NCBI GenBank assembly: GCA_010093605.1
Contig: MU004187.1
Coordinates: forward strand, 930,001 to 994,000
DNA from: Lophium mytilinum
Lineage: Eukaryota
Length of the DNA: 64,000 nt
Direction of reading: 5' to 3'
The translations under genes and the position numbers were made by a program. The notes below the pieces were generated by a model, which worked only from the letters and a program-made list of their open reading frames with translations, was not told the DNA's origin and ran no database searches. Position 1 is the stretch's first letter, and each line of letters starts with the position of its first letter. Below are positions 38,550-50,189 of the stretch, piece after piece.

Positions 38550-40000
38550 CACAAACTATCTACTATTCACTCCCTCATCTCATCGTCTTGCGTGAACTAA
38601 AACCATGCCCCGCTTCCCACTCTGCACCCTTCAGTCCCTCCATAAAACCAGCAATGCCCTCCCCTCTCTCCACCAACACATGCCCGCGCCTCAGCTCTTT
38701 CTCCCGTGCTCCCCCGTCCCGCCGCTATGAGGCTTCCCGGCGGCAACGTATTGCGGCGAGGCGAGGCGTGCGGCACAGCAGCCCAACTCCACCCTACTCG
38801 GCCGCTAATTTCCGAGCTGACGCTCTCAGCTCGTTATAAGCACTGTAGATTGCTCTGTAGCCGCCTTGTGCTTCTGGTTTCTTTGGTTCTGGTCCTATGC
38901 GCTGGTCGAGGAGGTTGGGTGGTGCGACGGGGTGAGCTGGCGAGCGCGGCTGCGGCTGCGAGGGGAGGGATGGGAGGGTGCTGCTTGGTTGGATGGGTGG
39001 GTGTGGCTTTTTGCTGGGTGAGTAGGTGCTGTGGGTTTGTGGGTTTGGTGGGTTGGGTTGTGTGGGTTGGTGTTGAGGGATGGGGATGGGGTGGGTTGAG
39101 ATACGGTTCTTGCTTCGACGGCTTTGCTGGTTTAGTTGGATGGGCGCTGGGTTGAGGATATGCTGGATGGTCTTCTGTGCGCGGCTGGAGATTGGAGGAG
39201 TTAGGGTTCAGTGAGTTTGAACTTATGGGAGTTGTGAGTTTTGGAGAGGTTAGTCAGGTAAGTATGCTTCGAAGGTGTAGATGAGAAGTCTTCTACCTTT
39301 CAGAGCTCCCTAGATCAGATGAATTGCTAACATTCACCACTCCAGAAACATTCATACTTACCGTTACATCAAGAAATCGCGCCGATATCCTACTATTACC
39401 ACCACCAAAGAACGAGGAAGAGAACCCATCGCCGCCTCACGACATTAATCCACGCCGAACTCTCCCACCCTCAAATCCTCACACCACCTCCACGCCGATA
39501 TAACTCCTACAACGTTATCATCTCCTCCCCTCCATCAACCTCTCCCACCTACCCCTCCCAACGCTCACCACACCCACAACCCAAACCGCTTCGCCAAACC
39601 CCCCATAACCCAATTCAAGCCTCCACCCCGACCCCGTCGTCCCACCCCCAAATATAAACCATAAAACCCTTACACAAAAATAGTCACACACTCCCCACCC
39701 GCCATTTAGGAAAAAGCCAGATCCCAGATCCATGACGTGAGCCATGCGGCTTCGCGTAGGTACCCGGGACTCAGCCACGATGGGATCCCTGCACCTTAGG
39801 CGGGAAGAACGGGCATCGGCTGCGAGGGGGCTGCGCCACGCGGGAGCGGACCGAGCGTTTAGATTGCGATGGGCTATATGTAGAGGAGGGTCGGTGCGCC
39901 GGGGAGGTTGGGATGGGATGGGAGGGGTGGGTGAAACGGGGTTGTGGCGCGAGGGTTGTAAATTGTTCTTCGGCTTTCTTAGCGGTTGGTGTTAGATAAA
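38550..40000. ncRNA. Candidate non-coding RNA locus, class unknown
   Basis: No credible protein. Two GC-rich self-complementary islands, an Sm-like ATTTTTG on the minus strand and consensus splice signals on both strands. Confidence 0.3.
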
Positions 40001-40216
40001 TTAAGGTGGTGCGAAGGCTTGCTGTGATGGTAAGAGGTTAGTAATATTTTAGTATGGGTTTGTAAAGCATTAGAATGTTTAACAGGTTAGTTCTCATTTC
40101 GTTTAGGTGTTAGGGAAGCTGTTGCATTACTGTTCCGATGTCAAAGCTATTCTAAGGTCGCAAGTTGTATTCTAGGGCGGTATCTATACTATTTAACGCT
40201 CGAGATGCCTTCAACA

Positions 40217-42364
40217 CTACGAAGAGAACGTAGCAGACCGCCGCACCGTTCCCATCCCCGCCTCGCCTTTAGCAAACGGAGTCGCTTGGCTCTCAGGGAC
40301 GTATTTCAACTCTCGGTAGATGGGGTCCCACATCTGCTCCCTGATCCAACCCTCTAGCTCCTCCTCGTCGGTCGGGATATCCTTCACCTGGTTGAGGTCT
40401 TCCTTGACAGCAGCTTGTATCACGGCTTTGGCGATCTGGACGCTGATTTCGCGCACGTCGGTGACGTCAGGGAGAAGCCCGGCGGTTGGGTCTTGGAGCG
40501 CGGGGGCAGTGGATGCGAGCGCTCGGACTGCGGCGACGAGGAGGGAGGGAGGCATGAGGCGCGTGCGGGAAAGGACAGCTCCTAGGCCTATGCCGGGGAA
40601 TGTGACGGAGTTGTTGCACTCAGCTAGAGCCTCGTTAGTATTGTTAAGATCACTTTTTTTTTTGAGCAACGAGCCATCGTACCTATCTCATACTTCTTCC
40701 CCTTGTGCTCCACAGGCGGGAACGGGGATCCAGTTGCGACTAGAGCCTTGCCATCCGTCCAATCGAAGAGGTCCTGAGGCTTCGCTTCGTGTAGTCTTGT
40801 TGGGTTGCTGAGAGGGAAGATGATTGGACGCTCAACATGCTTCGCCATCTCTTGGACGACTTCTTTGGTGAATGCTCCAGGTTTCGTTGACGTTCCGATC
40901 AGCACATGCGGCTTTACCTCTTTGATCACGCTCAGCAGGTCTCCGTGATCTTTGCCCCTCCAGTCATCGTCATGGCGGGCATATGGGTGTTGAGCCGGCG
41001 TGAGGTCGTCTTTCATGGATTGCAAAAGCAGACCAGGCTTGTCTACGCACCTAGTCGAGTGTTAGAGCATCCGAGTATCTGAAGCACGGCTATCTCAGTG
41101 GTGCTTACCATATCTGAAGACCTGCGTCCTCTTTCGACTTCCCTGTCTCCACTGCAATCGCATCCATGATCTGGTCTGCGATACCCGTACCAGCAGTTCC
41201 TGATCCGAACATCACAATCCTCACATCGTCCCATTTCACTCCGCTTATCTTAAGACTCGTCATGATGCCTGCCAGCGTTACACATCCGGTTCCTTGTACG
41301 TCGTCGTTGAAGCAGGCGATTTGAGGGGTATATTTGTCTAGGATGCGCCGGGCGTTGTGCAAACCGAAGTCTTCCTATTAACAGTCAGTCGTGTCCTAAT
41401 ACTTCGAGAGTTGAACCTACAAAATGAATATAAGCCTTTGGGTACCGCTTGCGGGCCGCTTCGACAAATGCGCTGACGAATGAATCGTACTTTTCTCCCG
41501 TGACGCGTCGTTGGTGTAGTCCAAGATAAAGGTCGTCATCCAGCAGCTCTTGGTTCTGATTTTGTTAGCGAGTCCAGCTTTCTCACGCGACATACGACGC
41601 ACATTCGTTCCACAGTCCAGCACTACCGGCAGCGTTCGAGCAGGGTGTATACCCGCACAGAGAACATAAAGCACCAACTTCGCAATGCTGATGAGGATAG
41701 CTCCGACACCTTGATCACCAATGCCGAGGATTTGTTCTCCGTCACTGACAACAATGATATCAATGTCCTCAGGGTTTCCCCATTGGTTCAGGTTGTCCTC
41801 GACTCGGTCCGCATCTTCGATGTTCAAGAAGCACCCTTCCGGTCTGCGGAACAACCTCGAGTAGTTCTGTATGGCATCTCCCTCGGTCGGCGTGTAGATG
41901 ATAGAGAACATCTCCTTCAGGTGGTCATGGATGAGCTTGTAGTATAGCACCTCGTTCTGCTCCTGCATGCTCGTCATGAACGTGTTCTTCGCCAAATCGC
42001 TCGGCCGACTGCTGTATTGCTCGTATGCCCGTTGAACCTGCTCGTCCAGCGACTGGATGTGTGGGGGAAGGAGGCCATGAAGCTTGAAGGTCTTGCGCTC
42101 TTCCTTGGTGAAAGCGGAGCCTTTGTTGAAGTATGGAGTTCGGAGTAAGGCAGAACCCTATCGTGTGGGATCAGTATCAGCTTCGGAAGTGCCGGCAGAG
42201 GACAGTACCGTCAATGCGCAGTCTTGCGGGCCAGAAGTCGAGAGTGGGAGATGGCCATACTTCCTACTCTTGACCTCCTTGGGATGGGTAGCCATGGTCC
42301 GAGATAGCCTGGGGGTAGCGGGGTGTTTGAGAAGGCGATTGGACTGAAATCTGATTGCCCGCAT
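40217..42364 (-). CDS. MAE1: NAD(P)-dependent malic enzyme, six exons
   Basis: YTPTEGDAIQ, VVSDGEQILGIGDQG, LPVVLDCGTN, FNDDVQGTG, GSGTAGTGIA, IIFPLSNPT, NNSVTFPGIGLG. Five GT-AG introns. Confidence 0.95.
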
Positions 42365-43272
42365 GAGTTGACACGTTTATCATGAGGGTACAAGAAATAC
42401 AAATATCCCCAAGATTTGAGCGAGGGAGTACAGAATTAGTACTGAAATGAGTATATATCTAAGACCGCGCGATAACCGGTATGAATGCATTATGACGTCG
42501 TGAAGTGCGTGTCTCTGAATTCGTGGAAGCGCCCGTTCTTGACAATACTGAGTTGACTAGAAGTTACTCACAGTTTGGGTACACAAAAAAGCTCTAGGAA
42601 GCTCTATATATGGAAATTATACAGTGCCAAGGTGGAAAGTTGATGTTTGCAGACGCAAGCTCGTGCGATGAGGGGTCGACTGACGCGATTCATGCTGCCC
42701 CTGGACGAGGTGGGGGTTCGTGTCATGCAAAACGAGGCTGGAAGGCCCCGCATCTGACATCTTCTCCCCACCACCACAAGCGTTCTCGACTACGGAAGAA
42801 TGGAGAAGGAAGATGCCCCGGGGCCATTGAGCGATGAACCAGACGCGATACATCTCATCTGTGAGGCTTCCTCGCTCCTGTCTGTATGGAAACGCCCCCT
42901 TCTTCAAAAATGTCACCCGAGAAGACATCTCGAAACAACGAAGACAGGAAAAAGACAGCGGCTTCATGGCTGTCGTGCAGTTGAACTTTCCGTAAGTACC
43001 TACTTCCTTGGAGCTTTTAGGGCCAGTTGAATTAAACGTATTTATCTGCACTATAGCCTGGTTTCGAGAGCGATTGAGTTGTTCCCCGGAACGACTTACC
43101 CAGTAATTCCGGTCCCAATAAGAGCCTCCTGTCAGACGGATCTGACGTGTGCTAGCTTATAGACTTCATATATATATACAGTATGCTGGCTCACCAAAAG
43201 TAGGCGTATCATCGCACTGTCGAGGACTGTCTTCCATAACTCCTTCCAATCTTCAGCTTCTCTACGATAAAA

Positions 43273-44403
43273 ATGCCAGCCGACGACTCCGCCCTCTTCG
43301 GAACGTACACGGCTGACCCCGTGATCGACTCTGAGAAGTTCCTAATCGCAAATCGAGAACACAATGAAGTATTCAACGACAACGGCTTCGTAGTGCGAGC
43401 GCGGGCCACCAACGGCGAAGATGTCCATCTCTGGATGTTCATGTACCAGCAAAAAGGCCCAGAAGTCATCGTAGACGGCAACATCACCCAGACCCTTCTC
43501 GTGTCCGCCAAATTCGGTGACGGAGAAGAGAAGGTGGTTCAAGACCGGCCGTACGTGAATAAGGGCCAGAACATCGATGACTACCTCCCCTATGGCACCA
43601 TGCAAGTTACTGAGGCGCCCGACGAGACGACGTGGGAGAACGGCGGACGGGTCTTCATCAACAAGCCGCCAAACTGGTACGTCAAGGGCACCCACGCCGG
43701 TGTGACGGTCGATCTGCACTTCAAGCAGCGCGGGAAGGCCTTCTACCACTGCGGCAAGTTCGAAGAACTCACGACAGACGAGAAAGGCATCGCCGGATAT
43801 ATCGTCCATGCCTACGTTACCGGGACCATCGAGTATGCGGGCAAGAAGCTTGAGATCGCGGAGGGTCACGGCATCCACGAGCGGATCATCATGTACGGCG
43901 TTATCCCACCACGAATTGACTACATGGGCGGCCGCGGGTCGCATTGGATGCACGGCTGGGGCAAAGGTTTCTCCTGGTACATTCTGAACAAGGCGCAGTC
44001 TCAAAGCGCTACCATGATGATTAACCTCGACAACAAAACGTACGGCGTGCATGGAGAAGCTGCTACCATTGAAGAGATCGGACATTGGCTCGACCCCAAG
44101 ACCAACCAGATCAACCCATGCAAGTGGAGAGTTCAAGGCAAAGTCGAAGCTGGGACGTTTGTCGCAGTTGTGACTGGCTATGGTCGTGCCTACTACAACT
44201 GGGTCCGGAGAGGTGGTGTGTTGCTTGTGCATCAATGGGTTTGCGATTCCAAGGCGACATTCACGCGGAACGACGGCACGGTCATCGAGGAGGATCAGGT
44301 TGCGAGTTGTGAGTACATGAGGACGCTGTATAACCAGCCCCGGAACAATCTGGTGCCTGACGCTGTGAGGAACGAAGACGTCCAGAAAACCATCTCGAAA
44401 TAG
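43273..44403 (+). CDS. Intronless 376-aa uncharacterised protein, predicted beta-rich
   Basis: Long ORF with GC3 bias, AAAATG start, upstream TATA-like (TA)n at ~43169-43178. Many alternating hydrophobic strands; rich in aromatic and His residues. Confidence 0.85.
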   Translation: MPADDSALFGTYTADPVIDSEKFLIANREHNEVFNDNGFVVRARATNGEDVHLWMFMYQQKGPEVIVDGNITQTLLVSAKFGDGEEKVVQDRPYVNKGQNIDDYLPYGTMQVTEAPDETTWENGGRVFINKPPNWYVKGTHAGVTVDLHFKQRGKAFYHCGKFEELTTDEKGIAGYIVHAYVTGTIEYAGKKLEIAEGHGIHERIIMYGVIPPRIDYMGGRGSHWMHGWGKGFSWYILNKAQSQSATMMINLDNKTYGVHGEAATIEEIGHWLDPKTNQINPCKWRVQGKVEAGTFVAVVTGYGRAYYNWVRRGGVLLVHQWVCDSKATFTRNDGTVIEEDQVASCEYMRTLYNQPRNNLVPDAVRNEDVQKTISK

Positions 44404-45009
44404 CTTTGTATGTAAGGTCTTCATTCAAAAGAATCAAGAGATTTGTGTTTCTTCAATTGCTTTGTAAGCACCTCAGTGAAACCTGCTTGGAGCTTTCAAC
44501 CCCTTCAAAATATTTCACATGCTGAATCTAAGTTCGGTGACCCCACAACCAGCCGATCCTTTTGTTTCCCGCCCAATTCTACAAGATTTCTCAAGTAGAA
44601 GTCGAAAAGACTTGTACGCTACCAGACCACCAAGTCTCTATAATAGCAGAGCAGGCAGCTCTCATCTTTATATTTCTCTAATTTTTACTGAGTGATTCTG
44701 GACCTCATGGCTTTGGGCATAGCTCTATGCAAACTTGGTTTCTGCCTGCTTGACACCGCTATGAGAGGTAGCACAACTTGCTAAAAGGCGGCTGAACAAG
44801 AGGCAGCCCGATTCCCGTCACCGCAGATCTGATTGTTGGAAGATTTGTGCCTAATTCATGTGAGAGATAGTTTGATGGAAGTCATTATTTGCGTCCAGAT
44901 TGGCCTTCATTATTTGTCGTCCATATAAAACCACCTTAAAGTCGGCATCAAGGCATGTAGTGATCTACATTCGATTACTTCTAGATTCACCGCATTCCCT
45001 TCACTGCAA

Positions 45010-45501
45010 ATGGCTTCTCCGAACTCTCCCTTTAAACCAAAGGCCAACTTCGCCGGTTCTTTCAAGTTCGGCCCTCTCGACAAGGTGAACGTCATGCCGA
45101 TCATTCAAAGCGCTGGTAGCTCCGGAGGACCTCTACCCTCCGATCTAGACGAAATGCCTGGATCTGGTGCCATAGCGGTGGTGCATGCGGCAAACTACTT
45201 CACGAATGGGCAAGATCTGATGGGAATCCTCTGGCGCACCGACTTTCTCCTTGAGCGCTGGGCATTTCAGTGGGCTGGCGCATTTGATGCTGAAGATTTG
45301 CCAACTTGGGAGCTACCATCTACTGGGTTCGGTGAGATAAAGCCTGGAGGCATGGTGGGAGATCCGCCTGACGGGGCGGGAGCATGGAAAGAATGGGGCA
45401 GCTTGGAAGATGTTCTCGATCCTGTAGACATTGGGAATGAGGGGACTGAATGGAAGTTTTGGCATGCTATGTTCCAAGGATATGATTTCGAGGGTGAGTA
45501 A
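45010..45501 (+). CDS. Hypothetical acidic, Trp/Gly-rich protein
   Basis: 163-aa ORF with CAAATGG start and upstream CATATAAAA. Ends at a GTGAGT that may be a splice donor. Confidence 0.55.
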   Translation: MASPNSPFKPKANFAGSFKFGPLDKVNVMPIIQSAGSSGGPLPSDLDEMPGSGAIAVVHAANYFTNGQDLMGILWRTDFLLERWAFQWAGAFDAEDLPTWELPSTGFGEIKPGGMVGDPPDGAGAWKEWGSLEDVLDPVDIGNEGTEWKFWHAMFQGYDFEGE

Positions 45502-45569
45502 GGGGACGGCAGAGCTGCTGGGAGGGCTGTAATAGATGCGCGGGCAGATATTTTCAAAGAATTGTAGTT

Positions 45570-48000
45570 TCATGATCTGGTCGAGTTTGTAAAACGATGT
45601 GATAGCTGTCTACTTCCCAAATGTTCCTCCCCACATTTTCCTCTGTCTATTCCTTCAAAATGTAATCTTCTTGTGAAGTTGTAGGGCCTGTCGATGAGAA
45701 GGAAGGCTCTACCGAGGTCTCGAGACCGGTAAAGGAAGCCGCGACCTGCCTCTGTTGGCGGAAAGGGCTGATGCTTGGAGCAAAGGGCCGACCGTTGGCC
45801 CACTGTGCCTACCTAGGTACCGTCTGGCCCATCCCAAGTCTGCTTCTTAAATCTCCGTCTTCCAATGAGCGCGCCCTTACTGCTCGCCCAGCTTGGAAGC
45901 GCCTGCCCCTTTGCCGGACTTCAGCTGGCCCACTGCTCTCCCTCTTGATTGTGATCTTTTTGTGAAGTTGTAGGCGACTTCAAGGGTTCTTTGGCGAGGA
46001 GAAATGGCCGGAGAGGCCCTGAGGCCAACATAGGACGGACTGTTCTCCTCTGTGAATGGGAACCCCTGAAGCTTGGAGAAGGAGACCGGCGCCTTGCCTA
46101 TTATCCCGTCTACTCTCCAGTGTGTTTCTCGAGTCTTAGCCTTCAAATTAGCTAGCGGCTACAGCTCGCCGAGCATGAAAGGGCTTGTTCCCCCCTCCTG
46201 ATTGTAATTTTTTCGTGAAGTGGCGGGCGAATTCTGGGGCTCATTGAGGAGCGGAAAGGCCGGTGGAGTTCTTGAGGCTGGAACAGGTACGGCAGCCCGA
46301 TTCTTTTAGCGGGAAGCCATGGACTTTTGAGGAGAAGGGCCAGCGACTACGAACCTTCTAGCTGGTACAAAACCTGTCGAACTGTAGCCTTGAAGAAGAG
46401 GGCACTGGCTTCTATCTCGTGGCTTGCCAATTCTTTGCCCTGCCCGAGCCCGTCATTGCCCATTCACATGCTAGCAGTTGCTGGACTGCACTATTCGGCG
46501 CCTCTACGCACGGACCCTGGCCTGTAGCAACCCGGCACTTCACCTGCAGCCTTCCGCCAGATTCCAGGACTTTCCATGGACCGGCCAAGGCGTGGCCTCG
46601 CTTATGGGAGAGGAGGGTCCGGGAAGGGATAAGCTTCTGAATGTAGGGTTGCGGTATGAGACTGTTGAGGAATCGGGGTTGTTGACGGCGCGTTGCGGCA
46701 ACCAACACTGCTCAGTGCCGCACAAAGCTGATGCAGAGGGGCGGGACAGAGACACAACTTGAGGCAGCCGGCTACTAGATGCTGGGGAGGTCAGAGAGCA
46801 TTGCGATGGCCATGTGAGCTTGGTCCGGCCTTTGTTGTAGGCCAGCCGCTCCAACGCAAGCCAGTCACTTGAGACCGACAGGAAATAAATAGAAGTGACA
46901 GAAACCATGATGCCTGACTTACGGCCTGTGCATCATCTAGGAAACAGTGACGCGGCGCGTCTAGCTACTACTGCGGTCTCTGGCGTCGCTGAGCGGATGC
47001 TGTACTCCTTGACGTGCCCATTCTACAGGTACATCTCCTGCGACCATCACTGAACATTGAGATTTACTCTGGGACAGCAAGATCGCATAAGGGAGAGCTT
47101 CAGGCTGGGCCTGCAGCGGCGCTCTTAGACTACTATGGATTGATTCAAATGGCATGAGATACATCTAACTTCTCCTCGGCTTGCCACAGAAGTGCCATGA
47201 TAGTCTGCCTAAGGACAGCAAACCGTCACAGGAGGCATAGGCGAGCTGTCCCCTGGAGTAATACGCCCAAATGCAGTCCTAGCTTCCTGTTCTCCGTTCC
47301 CCTGAGCCCCGCACCTTCCCTGGAGGCTGCCGCCAGCCTTGCCGAACCCTCAGTTACCTGCAGGGCCTGCCTACACTGCCTACACTACCTACTGGGCCTA
47401 CCTATACTGCTCGTAGTTATACTGCGTAGCGTTGATGAGTCATCAGCGCTAAAGCTAGCGTCTTGGCATCGAGTTTCGTATATCAGCGCGGTCGCTCTTT
47501 CTAAACCTGAGCTCTTACCAACCATCAACATCATCTTTTCACAACAACGACTCTTCTCTTCAAGCCTCCTCTCTCCTTCCTCATGGCTCTGCGTATGGAG
47601 GGCATGCCAGACCGCGCATCCATTCACCTTCCTCCTTGAGGCTTGGTCCTTGGTCTTCAGGTACGTCCTTTCCTTTGTCATTGCGTTGGTTTCGGCACGG
47701 CACGGCGACGGTGATGGCGACTCTGTTCTGACGGCTTCGGCTTATGCACGGCCTGAAAGTTCAGCTCCAGGTATGTTGTTGTTTTTCTTCTTCTGGGACG
47801 CAGCAGAGTTGGACTTGAGCTTGCTCTTGACCTGGATACTCTGGATTCCTGCGAGCAGTCGGGAGGGTTGGGCCCGGCTGCATGGCTTTACAGCCTCTTT
47901 TTTCATTGATACGCTCGCCTTGTGCGAGTCTTCGAAGAAGAAATCATCCTTCCTTGCCTTGCTTGTCTTTACTTGACTTGATCGCCTAGACTTGATGTCA
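45570..48000 (-). pseudogene. Decayed low-complexity gene with internal repeats
   Basis: Lys/Ser-rich minus-strand frame broken by isolated stops; three diverged ~250-290-bp repeats at 45660-46320. Confidence 0.35.
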
Positions 48001-50189
48001 TCATATATGTAGATAGCTTCAATTAATATTCACTGAGTGTTCACATCATTACGCACTTGCCTTGACTCGATGTAACGATGCAAGTGTCTACTCTATTATG
48101 ACGGTGATTCACGCCATGCTGGGTAATTTCTGAAATCCTGACCGACTTCGTGATGCAAGTCCATGGTGTTGAGTCTGGAACATGCTACCAGCAAGCAGCG
48201 GACCAGCAACACCAGGCAGGCTACAACCTCCAGCCATCCCAGTCAATCTGACATGATTGAAAGAGATCTTGCGCCTCTTTTCGTCATCTCCGGTCAAGTT
48301 CTGGTGTTTCTATTGTGGTTTCGAGTCTGTCGGTGGACGAGCATGCCCGCCCGAGAGGCAGAGCGCCAGCAAGACCAAACAGGTCAGCATCTTAGAATAG
48401 TCTAGTCTCCTGCCTAACTCTCTAAGACGTCTTGAGGTGCTTTCCGCGGCTTCCTGGCAAGATCTTACGGTTTTCTGGCGTTTTGAGGCCGCGCTGTGTG
48501 ATTCTCCAGACATGTGTACCCACTTGAGAGCATTGTGAACAACCACAGCTTCGTACGACATGCCGCTCACTGTTCATGATGCAGAAGGGCATTACGCTGC
48601 TGTACACCACACCTTTTTTAACTACCGATTAGGTGGTGGTGTCGTGAAACAATCCGGACCTTCAAACACCATGGGAGACTCCGCTTCATTGGAGTACAGT
48701 GAGCCACGCAAGTACCTTCAGCTATTCCAACCCGGAAATTCGGAATAGTCATAGTCTCGAGTTCAATCGCGCATTCTCTCCGTGGAATTTGGAGGCGTGG
48801 TGCTGCCGTTTGACGCTCGAGTTTGGCGGCGACCTGTGGCCCGGCGCGGTTGTGAGACGAAATCAAACCGCTGAAGTCCGCGACCACGAGCGAACGCAAC
48901 CATCTGGTGCGGCCTAAGCTATGAACTAAGATGGAAGACTTTTTAGAGCTCATTCTCCTGCTCTCGCATATTAAATTGACTTTGAGGTGCGGCCGCGAGG
49001 CTCTCAGAGCTGGCGAGAGCTGCGGGCTCTGCGACGGAGCGCAGTGCAACACCGAAAGACTCACGATGGTACAAACCAGCCTCAAACTCGGAGTACAGTG
49101 CAGATATATCTCTATAGGCAGTGCCTATGTTCGCCGCTCATAGGGGTGGTCCTCAGCTCTTTGCATCGTCATTCCGACCGCCTCTCCCGGACTGTGCTTC
49201 AACACCAAAGCCTCAATGCCGCAACGCCGCCGGCCGAACCCCACGACCATCTCGCATCCATCCGCAATCAGCCAGAGATCTTCCCAGTCAAAGCGCATGT
49301 TCGCTGCTCAAGGCCGTGGTCCTCAGCTCTTTACAGCGCCCTCTTAACCGCTTCTCCAACCAGCTCTTCAACACCACAGCCCCAGCGCCGCGAAGCTGCC
49401 ACCCAAACCTTGAAACCCACCTCGCATCCGTCTGAACTCAGCCAGAAAGATTCTCCATCTCCTCCAATCGCGATCCTGTCGACTATCATGGCTTACCTGA
49501 TTCACTATACCGTCCTCGCTCTTCATCTCGCCGGTCCTCGCCCTTTGATTCAGCCCAGTCCCTTCATCGCCAGCTACACCGCAGCAAACCGCCTCATACT
49601 ACCTACCTGCATCGGCGGCACACTTCTCTCCCGCCTGCTCGAATTCGAGGGTCACGTCAGCCCGCACCGCCTCTCCTCCAGCCGCCTCCTCCACCTCCCG
49701 CCGCTTCGACCTACCGTCGTCAGACAGGGCTCTACCCATCAACCTCGAATCCAGCGACATCACACTACCTTTGCAGAATGGAGGGCTACGGAAAAGGCGT
49801 ACAAGAAGGAGGGGGAGAAGGAAGCGGACAAACCCTGCACTCCGACTCGCTTCGAGACGCCAGCGCCAGACGGACGACGATGCCGCGAAAGGTCTAGCGG
49901 TTCCCCGAGCCCGCCTGCGACGATTCAGCCTCCGATTCGGCCTACCTCTGACGACGATGCTTGACGCTGGGGCGAGGTTCGTGGGGCTTTAAAAGAAGGG
50001 GGTTGAGGACAACCGGGAGAGAAAGATATTGTGAAAAAATGAGAAATAAAGATATTGTGAAAAAATGAGAAATAGTCGCTGATTTTAAAACCTGGTTATG
50101 ATTCTTGTGATATGGTGATGGACTCCACTAAACTATAACAACGCTTAGTTATAGGTCCGTACACTCGCTTGCCGCTGCTTGAGGTGCCT

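Noticed and set aside
38805..38835. Hammerhead ribozyme-like CTGAGAG...GAAA on the minus strand
   Set aside because: The CUGANGA core spacing and stems I and III could not be built.
39255..39265. ATACTTACCTG on the minus strand, identical to the U1 snRNA 5' end
   Set aside because: Downstream sequence lacks U1 stem-loops, the loop II ATTGCAC and a correctly placed Sm site. It is the complement of a perfect plus-strand splice donor.
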